A stretch of DNA of 64,000 nucleotides from a virus (IMGVR_UViG_3300028832_000116:1-64000); one strand, 5' to 3'; shown: positions 8,842 to 18,640, counted from the stretch's first letter. A program made the numbers and translations. The notes: generated by a model not told the origin, from the sequence alone.

Positions 8842-9759
8842 ATGGCTGTTGGCAAAGCGCAACAAAGTCTCATGTATCTTGGTGGAAGATTCGGCGAATT
8901 TTATGAAGCGAATAAGCCGCATATTTACACCGGGATCGGAATCGGCGGAACTGTACTAACCGGTATTTTAGCAGCACAAAGTGGTGCACGATCAGCGAGA
9001 AAAATTGATCGAAGAGAAAAAGAATTAGGCAGACGCCTAACGTTTTTGGAAAAGAGCAAGCTGTGTTGGACAGACGCGATCGCTCCTGTTGCGGTTTGTG
9101 CAATCAGCGGATATTCCACATTCAAGGTTGATCGAACTTTATCTGCAGAACTTGCAAAGAGAACGACCATGCTTATTGCAAGTGAGAAAGCGTATGAAAA
9201 GTTATCCCAGAAAACTAAAGAAGTTTTAGGAGAAAAGAAAGCTAAACAAATTCAGGACGAGGTTGTAAAGGATAAAGTTCAGACGGCAGTTCAGAACGGT
9301 GTTATATCCATTGATGATTTTAACAATGCACCAAGAGTTGGTAATGGGCAATTAAGTATGTTTGTAGATGAATATACGATGTTGCCATTCTGGAGCAATA
9401 TTGATTATATTTCTCTCCAGGTTGCTGAGTTGCAGAATATGATGAATGATCTTGCTCCGAGAAATCCTGATAATGATTATAGTAATAAAGAGGTCGGTGT
9501 GCATTTTACAGAATGGTTGCATCGAATCGGATATACTAATCCGGATGTTCAGGCACGAATTGTTAAAACTCCTGAAAGGAAGCACCTCGGTTGGAATAAA
9601 GGGTTCGCCGGGAAACACGGAGTAGACGATGACGTGATTGATTTTTATAGAACACCGATTGAATGGAGTCCTGGTGTTTCTGTAACAGCCATTGGATTTA
9701 ATACAGAACCGACAGATATGAGAATGGGTCGGTTAATCAAAACATCCGGATTAGGATGA
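8842..9759 (+). CDS. DUF6353-like membrane-associated phage protein
   Basis: PHIYTGIGIGGTVLTGILAA N-terminal pattern; paralogue of 14736-15722. Confidence 0.65.
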   Translation: MAVGKAQQSLMYLGGRFGEFYEANKPHIYTGIGIGGTVLTGILAAQSGARSARKIDRREKELGRRLTFLEKSKLCWTDAIAPVAVCAISGYSTFKVDRTLSAELAKRTTMLIASEKAYEKLSQKTKEVLGEKKAKQIQDEVVKDKVQTAVQNGVISIDDFNNAPRVGNGQLSMFVDEYTMLPFWSNIDYISLQVAELQNMMNDLAPRNPDNDYSNKEVGVHFTEWLHRIGYTNPDVQARIVKTPERKHLGWNKGFAGKHGVDDDVIDFYRTPIEWSPGVSVTAIGFNTEPTDMRMGRLIKTSGLG

Positions 9760-9768
9760 AAGGACTAT

Positions 9769-9805
9769 GGCTCGGCTGAGAAACTCTTGGCCGAGCTTCA
9801 TTTTT
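9769..9805 (+). terminator. intrinsic terminator
   Basis: GCTCGGC...GCCGAGC then TTCATTTTT. Confidence 0.7.
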
Positions 9806-9820
9806 ACGGATGGATTTAAT

Positions 9821-9849
9821 TCGCAAATTTTGCAACGCTATAAGTGGAG
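9821..9849 (+). promoter_or_regulatory. Early-type promoter motif, copy 5
   Basis: TCGCAAATTTTGCAACGCTATAAGTGGAG. Confidence 0.65.
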
Positions 9850-9902
9850 CAGTAAAAGTTGCTCATAATGAAAAATGGTAAATAAATTAGGAGGGATATT
9901 TT

Positions 9903-10211
9903 ATGAGTGAAACAGCAAAGAAGGAAAACCCGGAAATGAATGAAACGGAAAAGGAAAAGAAGACCGCAGCAAAAAAGCCGAAGGAAAAAACGGAAGAGAA
10001 AAAGCCAAACGTATTCAAAAGAGGATGGCGCTGGTGCAAATCTCACAAAAAGGAGATCGGTGCATGCGCAATTAGCTTTGGAGCAGGAGTTGGAACAGCC
10101 GTTGGCGGTGGCTATCTGCTGCAAAAACGTGATGAACGTAGAGCAAGAAATGCTTACATTCCGCCGGAACAGGTAAATGATGATAATTCCCTGGACCCTA
10201 ATGTTTATTAA
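9903..10211 (+). CDS. hypothetical protein with Gly-rich TM helix
   Basis: AGGAGG RBS; IGACAISFGAGVGTAVGGGYLL. Confidence 0.75.
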   Translation: MSETAKKENPEMNETEKEKKTAAKKPKEKTEEKKPNVFKRGWRWCKSHKKEIGACAISFGAGVGTAVGGGYLLQKRDERRARNAYIPPEQVNDDNSLDPNVY

Positions 10212-10221
10212 GGAAGGAGAA

Positions 10222-10250
10222 GGAAGAGCACAACGCTCTTCCCATTTTTT
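10222..10250 (+). terminator. intrinsic terminator
   Basis: GGAAGAGC-ACAAC-GCTCTTCC then T run. Confidence 0.75.
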
Positions 10251-10256
10251 CTTTTC

Positions 10257-10625
10257 ATGTTTGAAAAGTTTACAAAGTGGTTCGCCAACAAAGCTGCCGA
10301 TGGTGCAGTAGCTGGTGTTAAAACGTCAATTAACGAAAAAGTGGACCAATACGGGGATATTATTCGGATAGGTCTGGTGATTGGCATAACCGCTCTCGGT
10401 GTACATCATATTACCAAACAGAACAGTTTAGGTCCACCTGGTAATTATCCAATGAGACTTCCCCAGTCTGGTCATCAACCAATTGTTATTAACAATTATT
10501 ATCCAGGATATTTGAATCAAGGTTATTCGACAAGTTCAACACGTGCTAGAAATGAAAGGAGATATTCTTATGAGCGAAGCTACTACATCCCTCAGCAAAC
10601 GCGAACGCCGTATAAAAAGCGCTAA
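10257..10625 (+). CDS. hypothetical membrane protein
   Basis: central hydrophobic helix; RBS poor. Confidence 0.55.
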   Translation: MFEKFTKWFANKAADGAVAGVKTSINEKVDQYGDIIRIGLVIGITALGVHHITKQNSLGPPGNYPMRLPQSGHQPIVINNYYPGYLNQGYSTSSTRARNERRYSYERSYYIPQQTRTPYKKR

Positions 10626-10887
10626 AAATATCGGAAGTATTCTGATGTATATTGGTAGCGCTGCAATCACAATTCCTGCGGTTCAACGCGTAAAGCAAAC
10701 TCAAAATGGTTTTATGGCCACCTGTGCTGCTGGTACAGGGGCTATGCTTTCTCTTGGTCTTGGTAAGATCGCATCTAATATTTTAGACAAGACGATCGAC
10801 AAAACTGCTGGATTTTTTGATGACGTTAAACCCAAAAAGCCTGTCGAAAATGATAGCGAGGACGCTTCAGCTGAGGAAAATGAATAA
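10569..10887 (+). CDS. hypothetical membrane protein
   Basis: GAAAGGAG RBS before MSEATT (start approximate); two hydrophobic segments. Confidence 0.7.
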
Positions 10888-10904
10888 ACAGGAGGCCACA
10901 TAAA

Positions 10905-11564
10905 ATGGCTGAACATCCTATTTTTATGAATGGCAAGAAATTTAATGTTCTTGTCAACAAACCTAATCAGCAACAAACTCAACAACCATCGAAAGATCCG
11001 GTTGTAAATTCTGCTCCCAAAGTGTCTGATGGGAAACCGACTGTAGCACAGCGGTTATCCAAATATGCATTTGGTGAGGAAGTAGCTGAACCTGGAAAAT
11101 ATGTTTGGCAGAGTTATTTGGAACCGACTGGAAAGCGTGTGGCTAATGATATTGTGGAATATTTTCTACAATTGATTAAACACACTTTCCAGCGGTGGAT
11201 CTGGAACGGAAAGATATTAGATGACGGGAACTGGAAAGACCGTGCATCTTATAGTCGTATATCTTCTGGATCTGGTAATGGTCCGATTCAGGCATCTGTG
11301 ATGATGTCTCCAGTTAAAGAATTGACATTTAACACGGAAATGGATGCCAGGAAAGTTCTGGGAGAACTGAAGGATACGATCGAGCGTGATGGGATGGTTA
11401 CAGTTCGCCAATATTATGAGGCGAGCAGCGTCCCACAGTTATGCGAAGGTGGGACTTCAAGTTCCAGTGGATGGAAAAATCTTTCTAAAGCAGAAATCAA
11501 ATCTCAACCCGATGGTAGCGGATATGTTATTAGTTTGCCTAGACCTGTTAGCTTATCACAGTAA
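10905..11564 (+). CDS. conserved phage hypothetical protein
   Basis: AGGAGG RBS; DARKVL...GMVTVRQYYE...GW...GYVISLPRP. Confidence 0.75.
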   Translation: MAEHPIFMNGKKFNVLVNKPNQQQTQQPSKDPVVNSAPKVSDGKPTVAQRLSKYAFGEEVAEPGKYVWQSYLEPTGKRVANDIVEYFLQLIKHTFQRWIWNGKILDDGNWKDRASYSRISSGSGNGPIQASVMMSPVKELTFNTEMDARKVLGELKDTIERDGMVTVRQYYEASSVPQLCEGGTSSSSGWKNLSKAEIKSQPDGSGYVISLPRPVSLSQ

Positions 11565-11586
11565 AAAAAAAGGAGAATATTTATTT

Positions 11587-11829
11587 ATGAAGGTTAAAAA
11601 GTTTATTGTTCACGGCGAATTTTACGACAAGAACCTCAAAAAAGAAGACGAAAATCAACCGATTAAATGGGCAAAATCTAATTATGATCTGACAGTTAAA
11701 GCAGATGATATGAAAAAGGCAATCGATATTGCAATTCAATATATGCCTGCTGGTTCTGAAATAGTATATATTGAGAACCATAGTCGTACATCATGTCGTC
11801 CTTGCCCAGATTCATATGATGACGACTGA
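11587..11829 (+). CDS. hypothetical protein
   Basis: AAGGAG RBS before MKVKKF. Confidence 0.65.
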   Translation: MKVKKFIVHGEFYDKNLKKEDENQPIKWAKSNYDLTVKADDMKKAIDIAIQYMPAGSEIVYIENHSRTSCRPCPDSYDDD

Positions 11830-12042
11830 TCAAACCCTCCTCCCTCTTATATCTCTGAACTTTAAATAATTTAAGTCGCGTTGTGGAAGTTCACTCATCC
11901 TATACATTCGAGGCTTTCAAACAACGCGCATTATTTCTGTGTATCCATAAAACTATGCTTATTGAAGGAGCATTTCTTATGAATGTCATTGAATGGGACA
12001 AATGGATGATTGAGCACCATATTAAGTTGAAAGGAACTGACC

Positions 12043-12267
12043 ATGACAATAGATCAAATGAGAAGTGCGTTAATACAAGCATATCCTGGCCCAAATTGGA
12101 AGATAAGAGTCCAGGAAATGCCAACCAGACAAATTGTCGCGGTGTATAAAAATCTTGAACGAACAGGAAACCTTAAAGAACATAAATGGAAAAAAACTAC
12201 TTTTAAGGAACCTTTGAAGCCTAATACAGAAAAATATGAGCAACTTACAATCTGGGATTTTTTATGA
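12043..12267 (+). CDS. conserved phage hypothetical protein
   Basis: QMRSALIQAYPGPNWKIRVQEMPTRQIVAVY. Confidence 0.7.
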   Translation: MTIDQMRSALIQAYPGPNWKIRVQEMPTRQIVAVYKNLERTGNLKEHKWKKTTFKEPLKPNTEKYEQLTIWDFL

Positions 12268-12272
12268 GGTAA

Positions 12273-12944
12273 ATGATGATTTTTGACGATGGTCTTTATT
12301 TCAAAATTAACGAAAAAGTTGTAATTCATCCGATATATTTTGTGGATCATGGATATTCAATTCCTATGACACCTGTATATGGAAGAATTATTTCTTTTGA
12401 GGTTGATTTGACAAAAAATCCTTCAACGAAATATATAGTTGAAGTTTTAGATCCATCAGGAAACCCGTTTATTGGAGTTGATGGAAAAACGATTATCGAA
12501 ATTTTAAATAAGTATTATTTGCTCAAATGCAGAGATGATGAAAAAGGAGAAAAAAACATGCCGCCTAAAATGGAAAATAAAAAGTATTTAACATTTTCAG
12601 ATCTTATTCAGCCGACTATTTACAAGTACGGCCTTGGTAATTCTAAAAACGATTTTGATGAAGCTGTAGCAGAAGGCGTAGATGACGAACTTGATCGAAT
12701 TTTTGGTGATATTCGAATCATTTACAATAATCCTGCTACTGTTGTTTTCTGGGGAGATGGCACGAAGACTGTTGTGAAACTTGCCAAAGGTGAAAAGTTT
12801 AATAAATATACAGCCTTCTGTGCAGCGTTGGGTAAGAAAATGTACGGAACCAACAGTAGTCTGAATAAAATTGTCAATTCCGGTTATGATCAGGAAGCTA
12901 AAAAGAAAAAGACAGATAAGAAGAAAGGATCTAAGAAGAAGTGA
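12273..12944 (+). CDS. phage hypothetical protein (possible internal start near 12558)
   Basis: IIYNNPATVVFWGDGTKTVVK motif common in phage proteins; internal AAAGGAG RBS. Confidence 0.7.
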   Translation: MMIFDDGLYFKINEKVVIHPIYFVDHGYSIPMTPVYGRIISFEVDLTKNPSTKYIVEVLDPSGNPFIGVDGKTIIEILNKYYLLKCRDDEKGEKNMPPKMENKKYLTFSDLIQPTIYKYGLGNSKNDFDEAVAEGVDDELDRIFGDIRIIYNNPATVVFWGDGTKTVVKLAKGEKFNKYTAFCAALGKKMYGTNSSLNKIVNSGYDQEAKKKKTDKKKGSKKK

Positions 12945-13468
12945 GCAAGAAAAATATGCCTCAAGGTGAAATGCTGCCAATTCGTTCAGTAAAACATTAT
13001 TATAATGAATTTATTGTCGAGGAGCTTAAAGACGTTTCTAAAGTTGAGGAAATTGATCTTATTCGTATTAAGACAAAACTGTTGAAGGCATTTCAGCAGG
13101 AACTGTATGGCCAGATTGTTTTTAAGCTTGGCGAGAAAGCTGCGGACATGGCTCCTGATGAACTGGCGAGTCTGGACGGGATTCAGAATATTCTGCAGCA
13201 GACTTTCCGGAAGTGGAGGCGACTCTGTATTCTCTGTAGTGAGAAGGGGCTCGGCAACTATTTCCGGTTAGAAGATCTGCAGGATGCTCTGAAGGATGGT
13301 CCTAACACGAACATTACTGTTCCGGATCCTGAGGAAGATGTTACTGATAAATTAGACGAAATTCTGCCACCTGGTGAAGATCCTGTATATTTGAATGAAG
13401 AAGCAGCAATCGAGGAACCTGCTAATGAAACTGCTGAACAAGCTGAAGAGGATATTTCGGATGAATGA
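12941..13468 (+). CDS. hypothetical protein, acidic C-terminus
   Basis: GTGA coupling to upstream gene. Confidence 0.7.
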   Translation: MSKKNMPQGEMLPIRSVKHYYNEFIVEELKDVSKVEEIDLIRIKTKLLKAFQQELYGQIVFKLGEKAADMAPDELASLDGIQNILQQTFRKWRRLCILCSEKGLGNYFRLEDLQDALKDGPNTNITVPDPEEDVTDKLDEILPPGEDPVYLNEEAAIEEPANETAEQAEEDISDE

Positions 13469-13697
13469 TTCTGAATTAGAAAAGAAACTTCCAAAACAAT
13501 GTGATATTTGTAAAGACGAGATTAAATTGTATAAGCCATATTATACAGTGATGGTTCGTCCGCATTTTACACAATTAAAAGAATCTGGCATCAAAGTATT
13601 TTGTCCTGATTGTTTTCATGCTTATGAAAACTTTTTAATTGAGCACGAAGTTCAGGAAAATCACAAACGAAATTATCAAGAGATGAAAGGGGTTTGA
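13461..13697 (+). CDS. Zn-ribbon hypothetical protein
   Basis: CDIC...CPDC; start at MNDSEL. Confidence 0.65.
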   Translation: MNDSELEKKLPKQCDICKDEIKLYKPYYTVMVRPHFTQLKESGIKVFCPDCFHAYENFLIEHEVQENHKRNYQEMKGV

Positions 13698-13703
13698 TTA
13701 TTT

Positions 13704-14303
13704 ATGAATGGTAAGGTTGACATGAACGTTGTTGGTAAGGGTATTGAAACGGTTAGTAATCTGAGCAAATTAGCTGTAAATCTGTCTAACGGAAAGCAGC
13801 AGCCGCAGGAGAAAAAGGTTTACAAAGATGGCGATAATACCAATCAGCCGCATAATCAGACGGTTGAAGTGAAAGTCGGATCTGAGCAGAATCAGAAACC
13901 GGTTATTGTGCACGAGAAAAAGGAGACACATGTGCATAAGCCATATCCTGACAGTCGTAATCTGACTGAAGAGGAATGCAAAGTCGAGACGTTGCGTATT
14001 CAGGCCGCTCATGAGGAAGCTATGGCGGAAATTGAATATCGACGTTGGCTTGAAGATGAAAATAGAAAGGAGCGCAGAGAGCGTGAAGAGCAGCTTCGTA
14101 AAGAACGTGAACGCAAAGCTGAGGAAAATAAGAAGTCAAATAAGAAACTCGCCATTTTTGCAGGTGCTTTCTGCGCGGGTCTGCTGGGTCTTACTGCTTA
14201 TGGTATCTATACCGATTCTCGGCGTCCTTCAACTCGCAGACTGGCTTTTCTCCCAGCGCAAAATGTAACCACTCCCATTTCTACGGAGGGTTCAGTTGAA
14301 TGA
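13704..14303 (+). CDS. coiled-coil protein with C-terminal TM helix
   Basis: charged coiled coil then LAIFAGAFCAGLLGLTAYGIY. Confidence 0.75.
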   Translation: MNGKVDMNVVGKGIETVSNLSKLAVNLSNGKQQPQEKKVYKDGDNTNQPHNQTVEVKVGSEQNQKPVIVHEKKETHVHKPYPDSRNLTEEECKVETLRIQAAHEEAMAEIEYRRWLEDENRKERREREEQLRKERERKAEENKKSNKKLAIFAGAFCAGLLGLTAYGIYTDSRRPSTRRLAFLPAQNVTTPISTEGSVE

Positions 14304-14560
14304 TTATTGTAACCGGATATGATACATGCCGACCTGCATATGTTGACGAAAAATGTATTGTGGATATCACAGAACATACTGAAACTGTGCAGGATCGGGT
14401 GTATCCATATTCTAAAATTCATATAAAAGACGACAAAGAGAAACATGACTATATTCTCGAGGTCGTTGAAAGTAAAAAGAAAATTGAACGACTTATTTCT
14501 GAAGCTAAAAAGAAACCTCCTAAAGAGAAACTTGGCCCTGAGCCGCCAGTTGATATTTGA
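14300..14560 (+). CDS. hypothetical protein
   Basis: GGAGG RBS, ATGA coupling. Confidence 0.7.
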   Translation: MIIVTGYDTCRPAYVDEKCIVDITEHTETVQDRVYPYSKIHIKDDKEKHDYILEVVESKKKIERLISEAKKKPPKEKLGPEPPVDI

Positions 14561-14683
14561 TTAACCTTCCCACACCAGGGTTAATACTGTCCTCTGAAGT
14601 CTTACCGCGAATTTAAGACCGTCAGTGAAAGCTCGTTCCGTCATCCTTCCGAAAATGAGAAAGACAGTATTTGTTTTATTTAT

Positions 14684-14712
14684 TCGCAAAGAAAACACCT
14701 CATATAGTAGAA
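14684..14712 (+). promoter_or_regulatory. Early-type promoter motif, copy 6
   Basis: TCGCAAAGAAAACACCTCATATAGTAGAA before AAGGAGG RBS. Confidence 0.7.
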
Positions 14713-14735
14713 CGAAAACAAGGAGGTTTATTTTT

Positions 14736-15722
14736 ATGAGCCAAATTCCAAAGACCCATTGGTATAATTCTTACCAATACGTAGGGCGTGATCTGAAATT
14801 ATTATGGACACGTAATGGCGGCAAGATTTGTACCATAGCAGGCACTACGGGTTTATTTTTAACCAGCGCTCATGCCTGCAGAAAGACTTATAAAATTCAC
14901 GACAAACTTAAAGGAAACGGAAACTATATTTCTGAAGTCAAAGAAAAGTATAAGAACGAAAAATGGTATAAACGTGTTGCTAAGACTGCCGGAGCTTATA
15001 TTTATTGCTCTGCCAAGACAACAAAGGATTACCTCCCGGATATTGTCGGAGGAGCTCTTAGCGCATATTGTGTGACAAAGGGCTGGGGAATTGAGCATAC
15101 GAACTATAAAAATGCGACTGCAATGGCTGGTATTATTGCCGGTTCATTTATGAACTATCGACAGAATGTTATTGCCGAGCATGGTGTCGAAGCGGACAGA
15201 AGATATTTAACAACTAAACATACTGATAAAAAAGCATTAGGTTTGCTTAATGCCGATCAATCCAATGACGGTGAAAACAAAGAATCTGCATCAGAAAATA
15301 ACGGTCTCGTAGTTCAGCTTAATCAAAACGCACTTAGAATCTTATATTCCAAAGAGACGACGCCTCAGGTTTGGAGTCCGAGTCACACAATTCGTATGCA
15401 ACAACTTGATACAATCACTTCAAAACTTAATACTCTCCTTATTTGTGGCGGTCATTACACAATTAATGACGTGAGACGTGAGTTTTATGGAGTTAAAGGC
15501 GATATTAAGGTCGGAGCTATGTTTGGTCGTGTCTGGGATCCCGGTAATCCTGCTCATCCTGAACGTGGTGCTAAAGTAAATCTGCATTATGAAGATGATG
15601 AAGATTTCAAATATGGTTTAAAAGATTCTTGTTGGATTATTATTGATATTGATGATGAACCGTTGATTGAATCCCTTGGTGAAGGCAACACGATTAATGA
15701 TATTCCTGGAGTTGAGGTATAA
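14736..15722 (+). CDS. DUF6353-like phage protein
   Basis: start at ATG 14736 after AAGGAGG; same layout as 8842-9759. Confidence 0.65.
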   Translation: MSQIPKTHWYNSYQYVGRDLKLLWTRNGGKICTIAGTTGLFLTSAHACRKTYKIHDKLKGNGNYISEVKEKYKNEKWYKRVAKTAGAYIYCSAKTTKDYLPDIVGGALSAYCVTKGWGIEHTNYKNATAMAGIIAGSFMNYRQNVIAEHGVEADRRYLTTKHTDKKALGLLNADQSNDGENKESASENNGLVVQLNQNALRILYSKETTPQVWSPSHTIRMQQLDTITSKLNTLLICGGHYTINDVRREFYGVKGDIKVGAMFGRVWDPGNPAHPERGAKVNLHYEDDEDFKYGLKDSCWIIIDIDDEPLIESLGEGNTINDIPGVEV

Positions 15723-15724
15723 GT

Positions 15725-16123
15725 ATGAAAGTTTTAAATCATGGTTCAACCTATAAAGAAGATAAAGATCCTCCAAAGTATGAAAAATTTAAATGTGAGA
15801 AGTGTGGCTGCCGATTTTCCTGTGAAGAGGACGAATATTATACAGACTATGGTACTTGCTGGCCGACATGGACCTGTGGCTCTGAGACTATAACGACGTC
15901 AGCTACTATTGTTAATAGTGGTTATTCGTCTACGGCGACAGATATTTTGGTCTGTTCTTGCCCGGAGTGCCATAAAATTGTTAAAAAGACAAAAACCAGA
16001 ACGGTATATAATCCATCAATCACACTTACCGGAACCGGAGATAAAGTCGCATTTCCTAAATATGACGTAACATGTTCATCTGAGGACTTAGCAAGTTTTA
16101 ACACGGAGGATATTCATGTCTAG
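15725..16123 (+). CDS. Zn-ribbon protein
   Basis: FKCEKCGCRF...CPEC. Confidence 0.7.
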   Translation: MKVLNHGSTYKEDKDPPKYEKFKCEKCGCRFSCEEDEYYTDYGTCWPTWTCGSETITTSATIVNSGYSSTATDILVCSCPECHKIVKKTKTRTVYNPSITLTGTGDKVAFPKYDVTCSSEDLASFNTEDIHV

Positions 16124-16256
16124 TTGGCTTGTTCTATTAATTGGTTTTGCATTCGGAGGTTTTTTAGGTCTCATTTGTGGCATTTTTATAGCTGACGAAT
16201 ATTGGAAGCGTAAAAATTGTCCCTTCTGTGAAAAGAAGCATCCATTCATTCGGTAA
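16116..16256 (+). CDS. 46-aa membrane peptide (not in ORF track)
   Basis: GGAGGA RBS; MSSWLVLLIGFAFGGFLGLICGIFIADEYWKRKNCPFCEKKHPFIR. Confidence 0.65.
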   Translation: MSSWLVLLIGFAFGGFLGLICGIFIADEYWKRKNCPFCEKKHPFIR

Positions 16257-16297
16257 AACTTCATATTTAAACAAGACGAAAGGAGCATTTTTAATCA

Positions 16298-17611
16298 ATG
16301 GATAATCAAAATCAGCAAAAAAAGCCTTTTAACAAGTCTCTTTGGGTCGGTATTGGCATCGGCTTCGCCGCTGGCGGTCTTATTTGTGGAACAACCAGTT
16401 ATTGTGTATCCAAAAAAGTACAACGTAAGAGATATTCTGAGCGTGTTAACAAGGAAAGACGTCGTGCTTATATGGATGGCAATCAGGTTGGCTATGATAA
16501 AGGATATTCTGAAGCCATTTCTGATGCCAAGAACAAAGGCGATAAGGTTATTGAAGCGGCATATAATCGTGGAGTTGAAGACACCTTAGCTGAAACTCAA
16601 AAATGGATGGACGAAAATCTTATTCAGGTGGATTCGAATGATCCGGAAGCAATTCAGAAGGCAATTGAAGCTCAAAAAATCGCCTCTGAGAAGGCTTCAA
16701 AAGAAGAAAATGATGAAAAAGTACCAGAAGAGACTTCTCAGGCCATTAGAAACGATGATATTTACGCTGAATCTGGTAGCATTCCTGTTAAAAAAGAGGA
16801 TAAAATTAGCGATCGGATTATTTCTGATGCTGAAGTTGAGGACATTTTTAGGAATGTTCAATCGCCAATGGAATTTTCCGGTCGAAAGTATTTGATTCAA
16901 ACAAGTGATGGGCAGACTTTAGAGTATCCTATTGAGATTTTCTGTGGCAAAGACGGATTTTTAGGTACAACTCAGGCTCGCGAGAATCTTAGGGAGTATG
17001 AAAAGAATCCTCAAAAGATCAAATTGGTATGGGCAGCACTTGGCTGGGGAGATTATTATCCAGAATATGATGATGGTATTCCTCCAGCTGAAATTGTTAA
17101 TAATTATGATCTTAACATTGAGGATGAAACAAATCCTAAAGGTGTCACTTATGAAGATGTGAAGCAAATGATGGAAGACGCTGAAGACGAAGAAGAACCA
17201 ATTGAACAAAAAATAGAAAGGGAAAGGTATTTAGACGAAGTGGATAGGTACAGGGCACATCCGGAGGAGGGTCCGCGTATCATTTCCAGACAGGAATTTG
17301 AAGAAGAGTCTCGTTTAGAACAAATTCGCATTGATTATTATGATGTTGACAATGTATTTTTACAGCCTGACAGCAATGACAAAGAACTTGAAGATCCTAT
17401 AAAAGATCTTGGTGTCACGGATGGTAAAGAACTGTTTGAGAAACGTACGCTAGACGAAGATGAAGATCCGGAAGTAGTTTATATTAAGAACTTTGGACAA
17501 AACTTTGTTGCTGAAGTCACACGGTACCATAAATCCTCTAAAGGACTAATTGATGGGAGTGCATATATAAATGGCGACACAAGTGTTGTTAGAGGAACTG
17601 TCGGGGTGTAA
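16298..17611 (+). CDS. membrane-anchored acidic hypothetical protein
   Basis: N-terminal Gly-rich TM helix; acidic body. Confidence 0.75.
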   Translation: MDNQNQQKKPFNKSLWVGIGIGFAAGGLICGTTSYCVSKKVQRKRYSERVNKERRRAYMDGNQVGYDKGYSEAISDAKNKGDKVIEAAYNRGVEDTLAETQKWMDENLIQVDSNDPEAIQKAIEAQKIASEKASKEENDEKVPEETSQAIRNDDIYAESGSIPVKKEDKISDRIISDAEVEDIFRNVQSPMEFSGRKYLIQTSDGQTLEYPIEIFCGKDGFLGTTQARENLREYEKNPQKIKLVWAALGWGDYYPEYDDGIPPAEIVNNYDLNIEDETNPKGVTYEDVKQMMEDAEDEEEPIEQKIERERYLDEVDRYRAHPEEGPRIISRQEFEEESRLEQIRIDYYDVDNVFLQPDSNDKELEDPIKDLGVTDGKELFEKRTLDEDEDPEVVYIKNFGQNFVAEVTRYHKSSKGLIDGSAYINGDTSVVRGTVGV

Positions 17612-18311
17612 AACATATCTGGGCTGGTTAATTGAGAAGCTGGATTATTTAGGTTCTGATGAGGATGACTCGGAAGTAAAATCAAAGATAAAATGGATGG
17701 GTTCTGAAATTAATTGGCTAAGTCCTGAGGCAAATCCAGAGCTGAAATGGATGTCTACCGAGATATCCAGAGAACTTTGCAGGTTGATGTTCGAGATAGA
17801 TTTCACCTGGTTGGAATCTGTGAAGGAGGACGAAATCAGGGCAAAGGATGCTCTGGAGATTCGGGAGAAATATGCACAGGAAGTTGGAAAATTAGCTGGA
17901 AAATCCTCTCGTGATATCGATAGAATTTGGAAAAGTGTGCACGGAAAAGTCTCTGTTTTGGAGATTATTTTCAGCTTATGTGTGCACTTGGATGAGATGT
18001 TTAATGAGGAAGAACCATGGAAAATGGTAGGATTTTTCTATAGAATTCTAATTAGAAATCTGGCTTTAGATGAGTTCGACGATGAAGATTTTGACCACCG
18101 TGAGAGCGAAATTCGAGATATTTGGAAAGGTCGAATTAAGCAATTTTTGAGACGAGAGTACTTCGAAAGCGGCTGTTGCGGTGGTCTATTTCCACTCAAT
18201 AATTGGGACAAAGATAGTGGAAAAAATCAGAAAGAAGTCGGCTTATGGTATCAAATGAATGCCTGGGTAAATGAGCATGTAGATGATGATGGGATGTTCA
18301 AAATTGAGTGA
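17571..18311 (+). CDS. conserved phage hypothetical protein
   Basis: GGLFPL...EVGLWYQMNAW; directly upstream of origin-like region. Confidence 0.7.
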   Translation: MATQVLLEELSGCKTYLGWLIEKLDYLGSDEDDSEVKSKIKWMGSEINWLSPEANPELKWMSTEISRELCRLMFEIDFTWLESVKEDEIRAKDALEIREKYAQEVGKLAGKSSRDIDRIWKSVHGKVSVLEIIFSLCVHLDEMFNEEEPWKMVGFFYRILIRNLALDEFDDEDFDHRESEIRDIWKGRIKQFLRREYFESGCCGGLFPLNNWDKDSGKNQKEVGLWYQMNAWVNEHVDDDGMFKIE

Positions 18312-18324
18312 AAAATTGGTGAAA

Positions 18325-18640
18325 ATTTGCTTCATTTTTGACTTCACTTTTATGTTTGACTTCACTTTTGTTTTTGAAAAAACGTAAATTTCGGAATTGT
18401 TGGCTACACAAAAACGAAAAAATAAGTGTGTACACAAAAATTTCCGTAGTAAATACTACGTTTTTTCTTCACTTTTGAGGGGTGTTTTTACAAAAATGAA
18501 GTCAAAGAATCCTTATTTTTCAAGGCTTCCAGGGTTTTGACTTCACTTTTACGAAAATTTTTCCAAAACTTTTTATGGGGGAACTTTTGTAAATATATAA
18601 ATAGTTTTCAAAAATTTGTGAAAAAATGAAGTCAAGCAAA
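18325..18640. repeat. iteron-like repeats, putative replication origin
   Basis: TTTGACTTCACTTTT at 18337, 18355, 18536; inverted AAAAATGAAGTCAA at 18492, 18622; AT-rich, non-coding. Confidence 0.65.

Noticed and set aside
14583-14671. Hammerhead ribozyme
   Set aside because: CTGA and GAAA are present, but the CUGANGA core is not intact
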